Shown here: positions 1 through 13,600 of the stretch, one piece after another
Layout of the letters: the number at the start of each line of letters is the position of its first letter
Position numbering within the stretch: the stretch's first letter is position 1
Assembly (NCBI GenBank): GCA_043228905.1
Contig: JBHGNT010000004.1
Coordinates: forward strand, 22,816,001-22,880,000
Length of the DNA stretch: 64,000 nt
Direction of reading: 5' to 3'
DNA from: Azolla caroliniana
Lineage: Eukaryota; Plantae; Polypodiophyta
Position numbers and translations under genes: made by a program
Notes under the pieces: generated by a model
What the model was told of the DNA's origin: nothing
What the model saw: the letters and a program-made list of their open reading frames with translations, nothing else
The model's database searches: none

Positions 1-556
1 ACATAGGTATATCTGGGTAGTTAGATTCGGTAGGTAGGAAGTAAATGAGGGAGACGGCTCCCTTCTTGAAGCTATAAAAGAAAGGGAGACGCGGGGAGGA
101 GGGGAGGAGGGGATCGCGCATTGAGGAGGACGAAGTGTTGTCGGACCGTAACCGAACGCTTCTCCTCTGTTTGTTCTCCATCGCTCTTCTCTACAGGTTT
201 TCGGGAGGCTCGCGCTGCTTCGAGGAATGCCCGTGTGCTTCCGGCAACACCTCCATCCTTTTCCCCTTTCGTGCGCAGACGAACAGGCATCGACATCTGT
301 TCGCCGGCTTGTTCGGTTGTAACCGCTCGCGTGCTCTGTTGTGTATTTGTTATTCGTTAATATACAAACTTTCGTGTCTCTTTGTCTCTGTGTCCATTCG
401 TGTTTTCTACGTTGACGGGCCGTGTCCCTGTGTTTCTTTGCTCATACGTAACCGGTCGTCTCTCTCTTTCTCTTTCCCCTCCTATCACCTGCTCTTCGGT
501 TCAAGACCTCGGTGGTCCCGCCTCGTTTCTCCACGCACGCGTGTAGTAACGCGACA
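1..556 (+). mobile_element. 3' part of a GC-rich LTR (family also seen at 53530-53872 and 53873-55239), inserted into a LINE endonuclease domain
   Basis: TATAAAAG at 73-80, CT-rich tract, motif GGTTCAAGACCTCGGTGGTCCCGCC (498-522) shared with 53834-53858 and the inverted copy at about 53905-53930; ends ...CGCGACA at 556 like the minus-strand copy; LINE EN coding sequence follows directly. Confidence 0.55.
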
Positions 557-2321
557 ACGCTTCTAGGTAAGCCACGCCATGACATCGGAAGAGCCCATAT
601 GTTTCCCACATGGAGGAGGGGAAAGCACAGTTGATTACCTAATAGGATGCCCTGAAGCTACCCACATGATTAACTCCTTATGGGTGGCCCCATGCCCTAT
701 TGGTGCAGACCATAGCTTCCTATACTTTGAGCTAAAATGCGACACCGCCAATGCCACCGACTCTAGTCAACCAAACTATCACATCACAATAGATTTCAAG
801 CATGAGCTCTCTGACATCTAATCCTGACATGTTTAAGCCCAATCCTCCTCTCTTGATTCTTCCTTGCCTCTCGAGAACCTCACTACAGAACTCACACACA
901 TCCTTCACTTTGCAACAATTAGTAGCTTCCCATACATGAAACACTCCAATCAAAGTAGATCAATGCCACCGACTCTAGTCAACCAAACTATAACACCACA
1001 ATAGATTTCAAGCATGAGCTCTTTGACATCTAATCCTAACATGTTCAAGCCCATTCCTCCTCTCTTGATTCTTCCCTGCCTCTAGAGAACCTCACTACAG
1101 AACTCACACACATCCTTCACTCATCAGCAATTAGTAGCTTCCCATACATGAAACACTCCAATCAAAGTAGAATATGGTCTATGACACAGAATATGTGGTA
1201 TGATTAGGATTGCAGAGACTTGTATAGACAACTTAAAGTATTGCGACTTAGTGGTACTATTTCCTCAGTACAAGCTCACAAAGAGATGTGCACAATGACA
1301 TGTCGTAAAAGACAAGCTTGGGAAGCATCTATTGGGAACTCTACCACATGCTCATGAGTAGGGATTGCGCTCTTGCATGGAAGAGAGTAAGGGAACTGAG
1401 ACCACAAACACCCATCGAGGATTCCAACACTTGGCACACATACAGAGAGACTCTACCACATCCCGAACCAACCACCCATTCCCACGCCTTGCACACCTCG
1501 ACCTACCATGGGGACACTTTTCACGACCTATAGGGTCACAAAGGTCATAAAAAAATTACAACATAGGAAGTCCATGGACCACACAGGATTGCAAGCCGAA
1601 CACATTATATATGCTCGAGAGTGCCTAGCTCCATTTCTCACTCTAATCTTCAACCGTGACCTCGTTAAGGGTTTTCCACCACAATGGACCATGAACACAA
1701 TGACCCCTATACATAAAGGAGGGGACCCAATGAACCCAAATACATATAGGACCATTATGATAGGTCATACGCTCGCTAAATTATATGGTGCAGTAATGGA
1801 AGCAGAGATTAGCGATTATATGGAAACCTTAAGTCTTTGAGCACCTGAGCAGGCTGGCTTTAGACGAGCCTTCTCCACTATTGACCATATCTTCACACTT
1901 AGATTCTTAATTGACCAGACAAAGGCTCACAAGAAGAAACTATATTGTTTCTTGGTGGACTTCCGCAAAGCCTTTGACACAATTCCTAGGGAGCAATTGT
2001 TTGATAGGCTTAAAAGCCTGGAGATACCAAATGACATGATTTGGGCCATCTATGTTCTATATGAGCAAATCTTTGGGTGGGTGTGTAAGATGCCCAGGTG
2101 GCCTATCTGATTGCTTCACCAACATCATTTGTAAAACAAGGTTGTCCCCTATCACTGACTCTTTTTGGGATCTACATTGATGACACCACTGATTTTATTG
2201 CTCGTAAGGGAGGCAATAGAGTAGTCATTGGGGGTACACAAGTTAGTTTCGTACTCTATGCAGATGACATAGTTTTGCTCTCGGAGTCTAAACACGACTT
2301 ACAAAAGCACCTTAATTCCCT
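557..2321 (+). mobile_element. Degenerate RTE/RTEX-like LINE, 5' segment (end of APE endonuclease plus reverse transcriptase)
   Basis: EN C-terminal motif GGGESTVDYLIG..DH (ORF 579-821); RT motifs TPIHKGGDPMNPNTYRTIMI, EQAGFRRAFSTIDHIF, VDFRKAFD, VKQGCPLS, LYADDIVLL; stops and frameshifts; cut by the copia LTR at 2322. Confidence 0.85.
749..1171. repeat. Tandem duplication, 2 x about 212 bp, inside the LINE
   Basis: CAATGCCACCGACTCTAGTCAACC...CAATCAAAGTAGA starts at 749 and again at 961. Confidence 0.9.
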
Positions 2322-2491
2322 TGTTGAGAATCGAACTCAAATTCCCTTTCACACTAGCCAATGTACATAGTAGGCTAGTTTTGTAAATAGTAGAAAGGGC
2401 AACTGCCCTAGACTAGTTGGCATTTAAACGATCCTTTTGTAACTTACTTACTATTAGATGTAATTTTATTTTCTAATATAGCTTTGTGTTC

Positions 2492-2559
<68 letters not shown>

Positions 2560-2626
2560 GTCTTACATACACACACACAATTCACTTCCGCTGCACAACA
2601 TCACCTACGTCCCCCGTTTCTTTACA
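2322..2626 (+). repeat. 5' LTR of the copia element (305 bp), with a (CT)n tract
   Basis: TG...CA ends, abuts the PBS, interrupts the LINE RT frame exactly at 2322. Confidence 0.85.
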
Positions 2627-2637
2627 TGGTATCAGAG
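2627..2637 (+). promoter_or_regulatory. Primer-binding site (tRNA-iMet)
   Basis: TGGTATCAGAG directly after the LTR terminal CA. Confidence 0.9.
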
Positions 2638-4936
2638 TGTGTGGTGGTATGATCAAACTTGCTCAACTGTGTTGTGCTACACACCGACGATCAATAGAAC
2701 TGGTTCAAATACAGAGAAGAAAACGACACCATGAACACTCAGATGGGAAGCGCACTTCCTATAGAGAAGCTCGATAGGACAAACTTCGCATCGTGGGAAT
2801 CCAAGATGCATCAATACCTTGTCAGACAAGGTTATTGGACCTATATTGAAGGAGCTCACGAAATTCAACTCAACCCAACACACACTAACTACCCAGACTG
2901 GGAGAAGGCCACGAGCCGTGTGTTGTATTGCCTTGCATCATGCATTCATAATCACATGGTTGGCTATATTCGAGAGGCAAAAATGCCAAGAGAAGCTTGG
3001 GGAAATCTCAAGAAGATTTTTGCAGCCAACACAGCTGCATGAAAGCTCCAACTCTAACAGGAGTTAAACAATAAATAGAGGGATATGTCGATCAATAGCT
3101 ATACCTTGAATATCAAGGAATTGTGTGATGCCCTTGGTTTGATCAATGTCATCATCGACAATGATGAAATGGTACAAATATGGCTCTCTAGCTTAGCAAC
3201 ACGATTCGGCACGATTAGACCGGCCATTCTCGCAAGGGAGAATCCTCCTTCCTTTTTCGACCTTCAATCAATACTGTTGGTTGAAGAAAATCATGCCCGA
3301 CAAAGGAGCAATGCACCCGATGGTCAAATGCTCTACTACCAGTCGGATGATGGAATAAGATTCGACCGAGGAAACAGAGGTCGATTCGGTTGAGGCCGAC
3401 AGGGACAAACGACCTGAGAACACAATTCCCACCATTGGGAAGAGGCTAGGAACACTTCTAGGGAGTTTGGCAAAAGGGGGAGCCATCCTGCCGAACCAAG
3501 CCACCAAAACAACTTGATCGAATGCAGGTATTGTAGAAAATTCGGTCACTTTGAAGAGGAGTGTCGAAAGAAGAAATGAGAGTTGGATTCGACTAGTTGA
3601 CAACCCATGAACTATGCCACGAATTCCGACTATGACGACCATGACAGAATGTTCATAATGCGACATAAAGCACATTCAATGTCGGCACAAGGCCTGATTA
3701 GCACCTCTTCCTTAGATAATGTATGGTTTGTAGACTCTAGAGCGTCCAATCACATGACGTCTCGTGAAGATTGGTTCCGAGAGTTGAGAAAGCCGGATCG
3801 ACCCGGCTATGTCAAAATCGGAAATGACACAACTCACTCGATTCGGCATGTCTAAAATATCCCATTCGGAAATGACAATAAACAAATCTACCTCAAGAAC
3901 ATCTTGCATGTCCCAACCATCACCAAAAACCTGGTCTTGGTCGATTAGATTGTCGAACAAGGCATGTAAGTACGATTTAATAATGACGGGTGCTTTATTG
4001 AAAAAGAAGGTCGACTAGTAGCTCACGGTCGAAGAGAAGGCCGAATGTTCATCCTTGAATCGAAAGAGGTGAAGTCAACTATGTTCGCAAAAGGCCTCAA
4101 AGTCAAAACCGGCTTGAAACTATGGCACAAATGAATTGGCCACATCAATATCCAGAAGCTCAAAGGAATGCAGTCGAAAGGAGTTGTCATCGGACTCCCA
4201 ATTTTTACCGAAAAGGACATGGAAGGTGTATGTGAAGCCTGTTAGTTCGGCAAACAACATCGACAACCATTCCTCAAAAAGAGGAACATGAGCAAAGGGA
4301 TTATGGATGTAGTACATTTAGATGTATGGGAACCAACCCAGACGACAACATTCGGTGGTCGTCGATATTATGTCATGTTCATCGACAACTTCTCCAAGCA
4401 TACCTGGATCTACCCCATACGGCAAAAGAACAAAGTGCTCGAACACTTCCAAACATTTAAGAACGGAGTCGAAAAAACCACAAGTCGGCATGTCCGATGC
4501 CTTCGATCAGACGGGGGAAAAGTGTATTTCTCGGACGAATTTACAACGTATCTCCGAAAAGAAGGGATTCGACGGGAATTCTCATGCTGACACACACCTC
4601 AGCAAAATAGAGTAGCCGAACAAAAGAATCGGTACATAATAGAGGTGGCAAGGGCCATGATGAACGAGAAGAACCTGTTGAAATCGTACTAGGTAGAAGC
4701 GGCTAACACATCCATCTATCTCATGAATAGATGTACAACCTCTGGGGTACACGAAGTAACCCCTCACGAGAAGTTCTTCGGAAAGAAGTCGGATTTATCC
4801 TATGTTCGGATATTCGGGTCAATTGCACATGTACACATTCTCGATCCGAAGTCGGAGAAATATATCCTTGTAGGGTACTCACTTGAACAAAAGGGGTATA
4901 AAGGCTACAATCCATCCACCCAAAAAGTTCGAGGCT

Positions 4937-6310
4937 AACGAGAGGGTATGCATCCCTCTCACTCTTAGAGAGACAATGCCACCAAGCATACTTTCAAGAG
5001 CCATAGACTAAGGGATGGCTCTTCGACTCATTAATGACCCCTTCCCTCATGTATGCATCAGTAATTTGGGCTCTAGGTCTACCATCTTTCATGTGGATGC
5101 AATTAGAGAGACCTTTGGTGACAATGTTATCACGTCAACTCTAAAGAAAATCGACAGTACCACATGATATTATTAGAGCAGAGTTCAATTTGCCCCCGAT
5201 GTTAGTAGAATCACTTTTCCGTCTTGTAGTTTTTATTCATAGGATACATAGCCAACCACAAGATAGCATATCTCGTCAAGCTTTTGAGGCATCCTGATCC
5301 CTACATGCATCCGGAGATACTAGCTTTTAGTATAGTACTGTACTGAGTTTGTTACTTGCAAATGATATAGACATTAATAGCCTACCTCCCCTTGAGTACA
5401 ACCATGGGATTGATAAAACTTTAATCTCTCATGAGGACCATAATAAAGTAATACGCCAAGAGATATGGCAAATTTACACTTGATATAAATGGATCACCCC
5501 ACGAGAGCCACTCCCATCTAAAATGTTGTACTATAAGGAACACTTCATGCACTTCACTAAGTTAGGTTTTATTACATGACCAAAATATCTAGACACTTTC
5601 TAATCAAATGCATTAAGGGTTGCCATTGGACAACGTCGGATATCATCTCACCAACTTGAGATCGAGAATGGTCATACTAATAGAGTCCCTGAAGAGGAAA
5701 GGATATGTAGATTATGTCACATAGAGATAGAGGATGAGTATCACTTTACATGCAAGTGTCCGACTTATGCGAGATAAGGGCGAAATACCAAGACATACTA
5801 GGACCCTCTCCCACCCTCTCCAAACTATTAGATACCCTAGATATAAAGAGACTATCTTAGAGCTAAAACAACATAGAGAGAATGAGCTACAAAATGTTAA
5901 CCATAACCATTCTAACGTTCGCCAACATGTAACTAATGGAACTTTTCAGGAACAAGGGGAGATGATGAATGTGGACATAGCTACACCACTCGGCCTCTCC
6001 CTAGCTGAAGCAGAAAAGCAAAGAACAACCAAACGCCCTCTGATGTCGATCATCAAAGCAACTCGACGTGGAGTAGAAACGAGAAGATAAGGGAGCGTGA
6101 GCTGTGCCCCGCCTAGAAGCTATGGTTGGAGTACCCTTTACATTGGGGCCAGGGGCCACATCCACATCGAAACCCTTTGACCTCCCGCTTCTTTTTTAGA
6201 GACTTTGATGGAAAAATGAAATCAGGCCTAGAATAAAGCCATTTCCTTTCTAGAACATGTGTTTTTTTTGTTGCTAGAATAGTCTTATTTAATTTAATTT
6301 AATTTAATTT
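4937..6310 (+). mobile_element. Degenerate RTE/RTEX-like LINE, 3' segment
   Basis: About 5610-5770 translates as ALRVAIGQRRISSHQLEIENGH..EERICRLCHIEIEDEYHFTCKCPTY (C-terminal CCHC finger); (AATTT)n near 6285-6310; boundaries approximate. Confidence 0.7.
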
Positions 6311-6434
6311 TTTTTACTTTTGATGAATGGGTAAAAATACCCCATTATTTTTTGTTGTAAACCAATTTGTCTCATGGGCCAAATTTGGTCTTAGATAGGT
6401 CATTTTGGTCTTAGAAGACGTTAATATATCTTTT

Positions 6435-6470
<36 letters not shown>

Positions 6471-6471
<1 letters not shown>

Positions 6472-9400
6472 TTGGGTGAAAACACACAATTATATTAATA
6501 AATGTGTGTAAAAAACACTACTTACAATGGGTGTGACCATTAAGTATGGTCACCCACTAACTACACTACATTACATGGGTAGTGGAACATGTTGAATTGC
6601 CAATAGGCAAGACGAACACTCCATTGAGGAAAGGATTTCTACTTGCTCCAATAAAGAAAATTGGCACATTAGTACTCCCTTCAACTTTCGTAGATATGCT
6701 TTCACTCCATGTCTACCATCGAATACAAAAGCGTTGTGCATATTCCAATTATGATGCAATCCCCAATATCTGAGAAATAGAAAAACGATCTCCATCTCTG
6801 ACTTTGGGTTCACTTGTGTATATTGTGCAAACACCCACTGTCTAGGTGTCAAATAACACCGTGATAAAACTTGCCAAATTTAAGAAATGTAACTCCAAAT
6901 CCGAGAAGCAATCGGACATTGTATAAATCGATGAGTACTATCTTCCATTTGAACAGTGCAAAAAAAGCAATTCCCCATTGCTAGTCCACGACGCTTTAGA
7001 GCTTATCCCAAAGGAAATCCTCCAATCAAAACTCTCCAAATGAAGACCTTTGCTACAAGTGGTAATTTAGAATTCCAACTACGTTGTAAGATTTGCCGCC
7101 ATCCATGATCAGATTTGTGTAATCTCCATTCTTCTTCAGCCTTGGATGATAACCATCCAAGAGACTCAACAGAGCAATGATACAAAAGATTAGTAGTCAC
7201 TTGTAACAACAATGTTTGTCCCTTTAAACACCAATCAATCTGTGGTTGTTCTCCTATTTGTAGAGGTAAGGGACCTTGCATCAATGGAATATTTTGTAGT
7301 TGTTGCCAAATAAACCCATAATTAGGCGGAATGCGTAATAATTGTCGCGCTTCAACAAACTCCAAAATTCTTTGAGATGGAGCCTCAACTATATCTCCCA
7401 CCTCTTTGATCCCCAAATGAAACAAACGATTAAATTGAGAGCACAATCTCTCGTTTCCTGGCCAACATAATAACCGAGAAGACACAAGTAACTCTTTTTT
7501 CAAAGAATTACAATGCTCTCTACTAGATGATGGTTTCTATACACATAACAAGAGTGCTTCTTGCCATGAGGTAACCAAGTGTTGAACACATGTAGAGCCT
7601 GGAATCCTAAGTGAAATACATCCATTTAGTAATTGCCACCATGAAGCCTTAATTGTTGTCCTCCCATGTGTTAAACCCTTGTTCTCAAGGAAATATTGAA
7701 CAATAGATATCCATGGTTGTGAGTTTGAACACATGTCTTGTAATAATGAAAATCTACGAGCCATCATATGCTTAGATAAGTTCAATATTCCAGCTCCCCC
7801 AAGCGCTTAGGAGTTGCTAGATGATTCCATGCAACCCAAGTGATTCCCATCTTATACTTCTTCTTCCACAACAAATATCGAAGAGGTTGCAAAATAGAAT
7901 GCAAAGCCTTCTTTGTCCATGGCAACAATGGCAAGTAATATAATATCATAGGTTCCATAATACATTGTACAACCTTCAAATGTACATGAAATGGCCAAGA
8001 TTGTGATTTCCAATACATGAACTTATCCCTCAACTTACTAGACATCCATTCAGTCAATTGACCATTTGTAACATTCATTCCTAATGGATAGCCCAAGTGT
8101 CGAAAAATAGAGCATTTCTTCACCACAGATCCTTGTCATCCAAAACATTCCAAATCCCTTTTAGTACATGATATGAGACTAGACTTCCTCCAATTAATAT
8201 GTAATCCAGAAGCCAATGCAAATTGGTTCCATACAAGCATCCCCTTCTCAAGATTCTCTCGTGAGGCTTGTAGAAACATGAAAGAATCATCTGCCAAAGC
8301 TTGTGCAACTAGTTGCCCTCTAGATGAAAGGTGTAGACCCACACTATCACCATTTGTTACAAGCCTTGATAGCATCACTAACAATGGATGAGTAACAATA
8401 GCAAACAACAACGGGCTAATAGGGCATCCTTGACGAATGGATCTTGTAAGGGCAATATCTGATGTAACTCCCCCATTAAGCATGACTCGAGACACTGCAT
8501 CTTGTCCTAATGAAAATATGAGGTGAGACATACGAGGTCCAAAGCCCATTGTATGCATTAACCCATAAACAAAGGACCAATTAACATGATCATAAGCTTT
8601 CTCCAAATCTAATTGCACCATAATCAATTCTTGATGAGTGTTCCAAGCATAATCCATGGCCATTTGAACATTCAACACATTATGCAATATATTCCTACAT
8701 GCAATAAAACCATATTGGGCGGGATGTATCAACTTTGGCAAATACTTTTGTAATCTATTTGTCAAGACCTTTGTAAATATCTTATACAACCCCCCCATCA
8801 AAGAAATAAGTCTCCATTGATGAAATGACTCTGGGGATGCCACCTTTGGAACTAATTTAATTAGACCAACCTTCCAAGCTTGAGGCATACGACCAGAATC
8901 CCAAGAATGTTGAAACATCAAAGTTAAGGGCCCCTTTAAAATGTTCGAATATCACTTAAAAACTTCATTTGTCAAGACATCCCAACCAGGGCTCTTACCA
9001 CTAGGAAGATGCCTTAAAATTGTGTCCACCTCATCCTCAGTGAAATCCGCATCCAATTCATGACTAATGAGGTCATGCACAACACATCCAACCAAATCAT
9101 AAAACTCATGACGTGCACCACTCACCTCATTTGTCATTAACAATTGTGGGCCAATCAACTCCTTAAAGTAATGAACACATATGTCAATTATTGTAGTAGG
9201 ATCCACTATCCATTCATCCCCTTGCTTCACATGTACCACATTAGATCGAGTATAAGTAGGATGTAACGCTTGAAAAAACAAATGAGATTGACATTGATTA
9301 TCTATGAGCCCATCCCTCAATTGTCGCATCTTCGCATAACGATAACTTTGGCATTGCAACTGAGAAATAATAGCATGCAATTGACTTTGGATATCCAAAA

Positions 9401-10555
9401 GTTCCTCATCTAATGGTGAACGTATCAATAACACATTACACCTAGAGAGAACTTGTGAGAATTGTAGAAGAAGACCTCTTCTTCGTTGAGCATTAGTTAC
9501 TCCATACATACGATGAATGATCTTAATATTTCGTAACGTGATATCCCATGCTTTAACTCCTTTAAGATTCACTTCTTGTGAAAAATTTACCAAAATTTGT
9601 TCCATGAGAGAATCAAAGTGAGGTTAAAGCAAAAGAGAAGAGTTAAAGCATAATGGAGGCTTTCCAAGTAAGGATTATACATGTCAATCGCATGACCACA
9701 AAACTCCAAACAAATAGGAAAGTGATATGAAGTTCCTACATCTTGTAAAACTACCATACGAAGTGATGTTGTTAAAAAAGAATCATTGTGCATCACATAC
9801 ATTCTATCTAACCGACTCCATGTTTGTCTATGTTGAGCAGATTGGAAAGTCAAACCTAGATCATTCCCATGCAACCATGTCCAAACATCCAACTTCAGAA
9901 CCTCCATAGCCAATGAATCCCAAGCAAGTTGCGCCGGATCATCCATGATTGAATGTTCAGACGTAGATTGAGATGCATCAACACACATGTTAAAATCACC
10001 CATAAGTAATCTTGGGCGGCCCACACATAGGGTTTGACAGAGTGAGCCCCATAATGCAATACGTTGAGTGGCTTGGTTAGGGGCATAAATCCCAACCACC
10101 CACACAACCTCGCCAAAAAAAGTGATTTCTAGAACCAAAAACCGACCATAATGATCATTATGCACCACTCGAGGATAATATTTATCCTGCACAATTAATA
10201 CCACACCTGAATAATGATTATTAAGACATCCTGCATAGAATGATGAATATCCACGCAAATGAACTGTGGATCCTACTACCTCATGACACTTATGCTCAAT
10301 TGCACATAACATATCTCATTCTTTACTTAACAAAGTTTGCCATAATATATACTTCTTATATGAGGAGAACATGCCCCTCGCACATTCCATGTTACCACTT
10401 TCATTCAATCAACAATGTTATGGGTGCACTTGCTCCTTTAGAGCAACCGATGTCATGAAACTAGTCAAAGCATGTTCCAATGCTGCATATGGATTTTCAT
10501 GCACCACATCCTTAGTGTTGTCTATTGGACTCTTTTGTTTAGGTTCTCTAGCTTG
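6471..10555 (-). mobile_element. 5'-truncated L1-clade LINE: end of ORF1 plus degenerate ORF2 (APE-RT-zf-RVT)
   Basis: ORF2 starts MKVVTWNVRG at 10404; GIYAPN, MGDFN, SRLDRMY, GKSPGWD, QLDLEKAYDHVNW, RQGCPISP, ALADDS, KVFIWRVL; ORF1 tail ..ENPYAALE.. at about 10420-10555; frameshifts. Confidence 0.92.
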
Positions 10556-10675
10556 ACGGAAACCTCCAGAATTCGATGAATTAACAGACCGTCCCAATGA
10601 ATCAAATTGAAATTCTCTCTATCTCTCTCTCTCGTTCCTTCCTTCATTCCTTCCTTCCCCCAATCAATTGTCCCC

Positions 10676-13600
10676 ATGGGGAAGAAGAGCAGAGTACGCG
10701 CCGCAGAGCTCCTGGCTAGAAAGAAGAGGGACTTCTCCATCTCCAAGCTCCATGGATACTCGGGAGATGCTGAGATAGGGCAGAGGAGGGAGCGATTGCT
10801 GAAGAAATCAAGGGCTCTCGTTTTCCCTCGCGAGTTCCTCTCCAACTACAGGCTTCCCTCCATACGCATGCGATATGGATGGGATGTTTCACATGGGGGT
10901 AACCTGGGCCTCTTGGCCCTTCACAAACGCAAGCTTCATCTCATCCTCAATGATCTCATCCTTCGGCACCTCTGGCATCAAGCTGCAGGCGTCCTCAGTG
11001 TCCTCCTTCGAGCTTTTTTCTCCGAGCCGGAATGGGATGTTCGCCACACCCCACACTTTTGGGTATTACTCTTTCTTCTTTGTTTTCCCTTAACTTGTCT
11101 TTGGTATATACCAGAATAAACCCTAAGTTCTTCATAGAGGTTTTTCTCGCCAAGCCAAATTGGGATGCTCCGTGCTGGCAACACTTTTGGATTTGTCTTC
11201 TTTTTCTTTTTGGTTGTTGTTGGGTGATATGGAATTCAATACAATGGTTCAGATAGATCCATGCCCCAATCTCAACAGAGGGCCGCACCAATGAAAGCGC
11301 ATTTTATAGCGGAGATGTCCAAGATCATCTGAGAATATGGTTATTCAGGTCCCAGGACACATGTGAAAGTAAATCGATTAGTTAGGCATCCATCAAGATA
11401 TGTTGGTTGGGTCTACATTAGAAGAAGAAGAAGGGGTTGCATTATCAGTAATAGTACCAAAACATTGGCCTAAATGGAATATTGAATCCTAAATCGCCTT
11501 TGTGTTGCCTCATATCAGGACCCTCTGGTTTCGTTCTCTCTGTTGCACCAAATTATGACTATTCAACACAATGGTTACCCTTTCTCTCTTGTATGATGCA
11601 GCTGTATGGACCCCAGGCTCCCCATGTATATGTGGACTTGTACAAATTGAGCATCCACAAGTCATCATATTCTCATGGATGATACGAAGCAAATGCTTTA
11701 TGCCACACGAGATCATCCGAGCTGAATTGATCGCAAACCCCATGATGTTAGAAGCATTATTCCAGACCTTAAACATCATCAATCCAAACCATGCCGTCTG
11801 AATGAATGACACGTAAACCGTAACAGAATCCAAGAGAGGGATCATGCTACTCACAGTTCTTGGACTGGTTCAATAACACCGGCATTGACATCAAGAACTC
11901 GCCACCCTCCTGCGGAACAAGTTAAGGAAAACTACATTAAAATGACGTGTTGACTAGCCAACAAGATATATTCATGATTCAATCTAAGGCACATAGGTTT
12001 TATGCATCTTTATGTTCCCTAGACTAAGTTTTTAGGAGTTCATCTGTCGTCAACACAAAGAATGCTTCATAGCAGCCCAACTTCAGAGGCTATTCACTCT
12101 GACAAATTCCGAAACTCATCTATGCCATTCAGCAACAGATGAATTCCAGTAGATGATGTACAACACCATCTTTTCTAAAACCACACTGTCAGAAGCATAC
12201 ATGGGTTCTGTCTTTTAGTCTAAATCAATCATTCGGTGTCTCTCAACAAATTGGTTAAGAAAACACACATCATGGCGAACAACTCACTTCTCAGAGGACT
12301 CTGTTATCACATTCTAAAACCATGCCACAATGAGATACAATTTCAAGCTGTTTGCTCAATTCAGGAATCTAACAGTGGTGGCATTTGGCCCATACCCTTA
12401 CAGTTTAGCCATACATAGTCAATCACAATGAATGCAGGCCATAGGACTCAGATATTTGATTGGCGTGCCAATGCTACAAAGCACAACCTTTGCATATTAT
12501 ATCAGTCATCCAAATCAATTTGTCCATGTTGCACCGATCATTACATGGGTGATCACCTCAACCAATGGGGAATCTAGCATCTACATACCAACTGCAAAAT
12601 CATACCTATGAATGCCTATAATAATCCTTCTCTTGGCCTATATCAACCTGTTCCATGTTGTCAACATACAAATATCAGTGGAACAATCCTACCTGTGGAC
12701 TGTTATGGTAAACCTGATGTGATAGATGTGGCGGCTGATAGGATGGATATGTTGATGGGGACTATCGCAGATGTGATAGATGTGACAGTGACGACTGATG
12801 GATGCAACAGATGCAATGGTAACTGTTCTAGATGCAACAAATGTGGTGGTGATTTCTGTGGAGGACATGACCAATGTTATGGCAGTAGATGAGGCAAACA
12901 TGATGGCGCCTAATCACTAACCTGGTTTCAATTCCAATTCAGGAAACTCTGGCCCCTCTTTATCTCAGAGGATGGGAAACATAGGTAGCAATGAAAAGCA
13001 ATAAGAAGAAGAGTGATGTGTTAGGCCTGTCTTCTCAACCTTAGAATGTGCCTTAATAGATTAACCATTCACAAAGGTTAGCATGCATGCCCGCATCATG
13101 CCCACACAACAGGACAGTTGTTTCCACACCACACCCTGGGATATCTCAGAACCATTTAACAACGATGGTTGTGACACCTAAGTGCCTTGTGTATTTAGCC
13201 CAATTTTCCTGTAAAGTATGCAATACTGTGTATATTGAAAGCTACATCATCTTACACTGATATCTATATAGTGGAACACTCTTCTTGTGGCTTGGCAAAA
13301 GTTTCATCTCCATAATGGCTTTCCTTTCTGTGTAGCAATATCTACATGGTTGTGCCACTTATACCAATGTAACCAGATATTGGGTTTGTATCGGCATAAA
13401 TTCAAATATTATGGTTGCCTTAGGGATCGATCCATAACTGTGTTGATAGAGCTTGGATATCTTTTTAATTAGAACATACCTGATTCAGAAAGCTATTTTT
13501 CTTCATCATAGTTTCAAATCCTTTTATTTCTTATAACTAGGCTGCAATGGAAGCAATGAGGCAGGTTGGTGGTCTTGAAGGGAATGATTTGAAGACCAGA

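Larger units (their letters stand above)
2322..4936 (+). mobile_element. Ty1/copia retrotransposon, 5' half (LTR, PBS, gag, protease, integrase), pseudogenised and 3'-deleted
   Basis: LTR TGTTGAG..TTTACA 2322-2626; PBS TGGTATCAGAG at 2627-2637; gag from 2731 (EKLDRTNFASW), zinc knuckle CRYCRKFGHFEEEC, protease WFVDSRASNHMT, integrase (CEAC, FIDNFSKHTW, LRSDGG); many stops; no RT or 3' LTR. Confidence 0.92.

Noticed and set aside
11300-13200. Continuation of L1 ORF1 in TAF1A intron 1 (exon 1 embedded in a LINE)
   Set aside because: No ORF1-like motif found; it looks like an unrelated decayed sequence that I cannot classify
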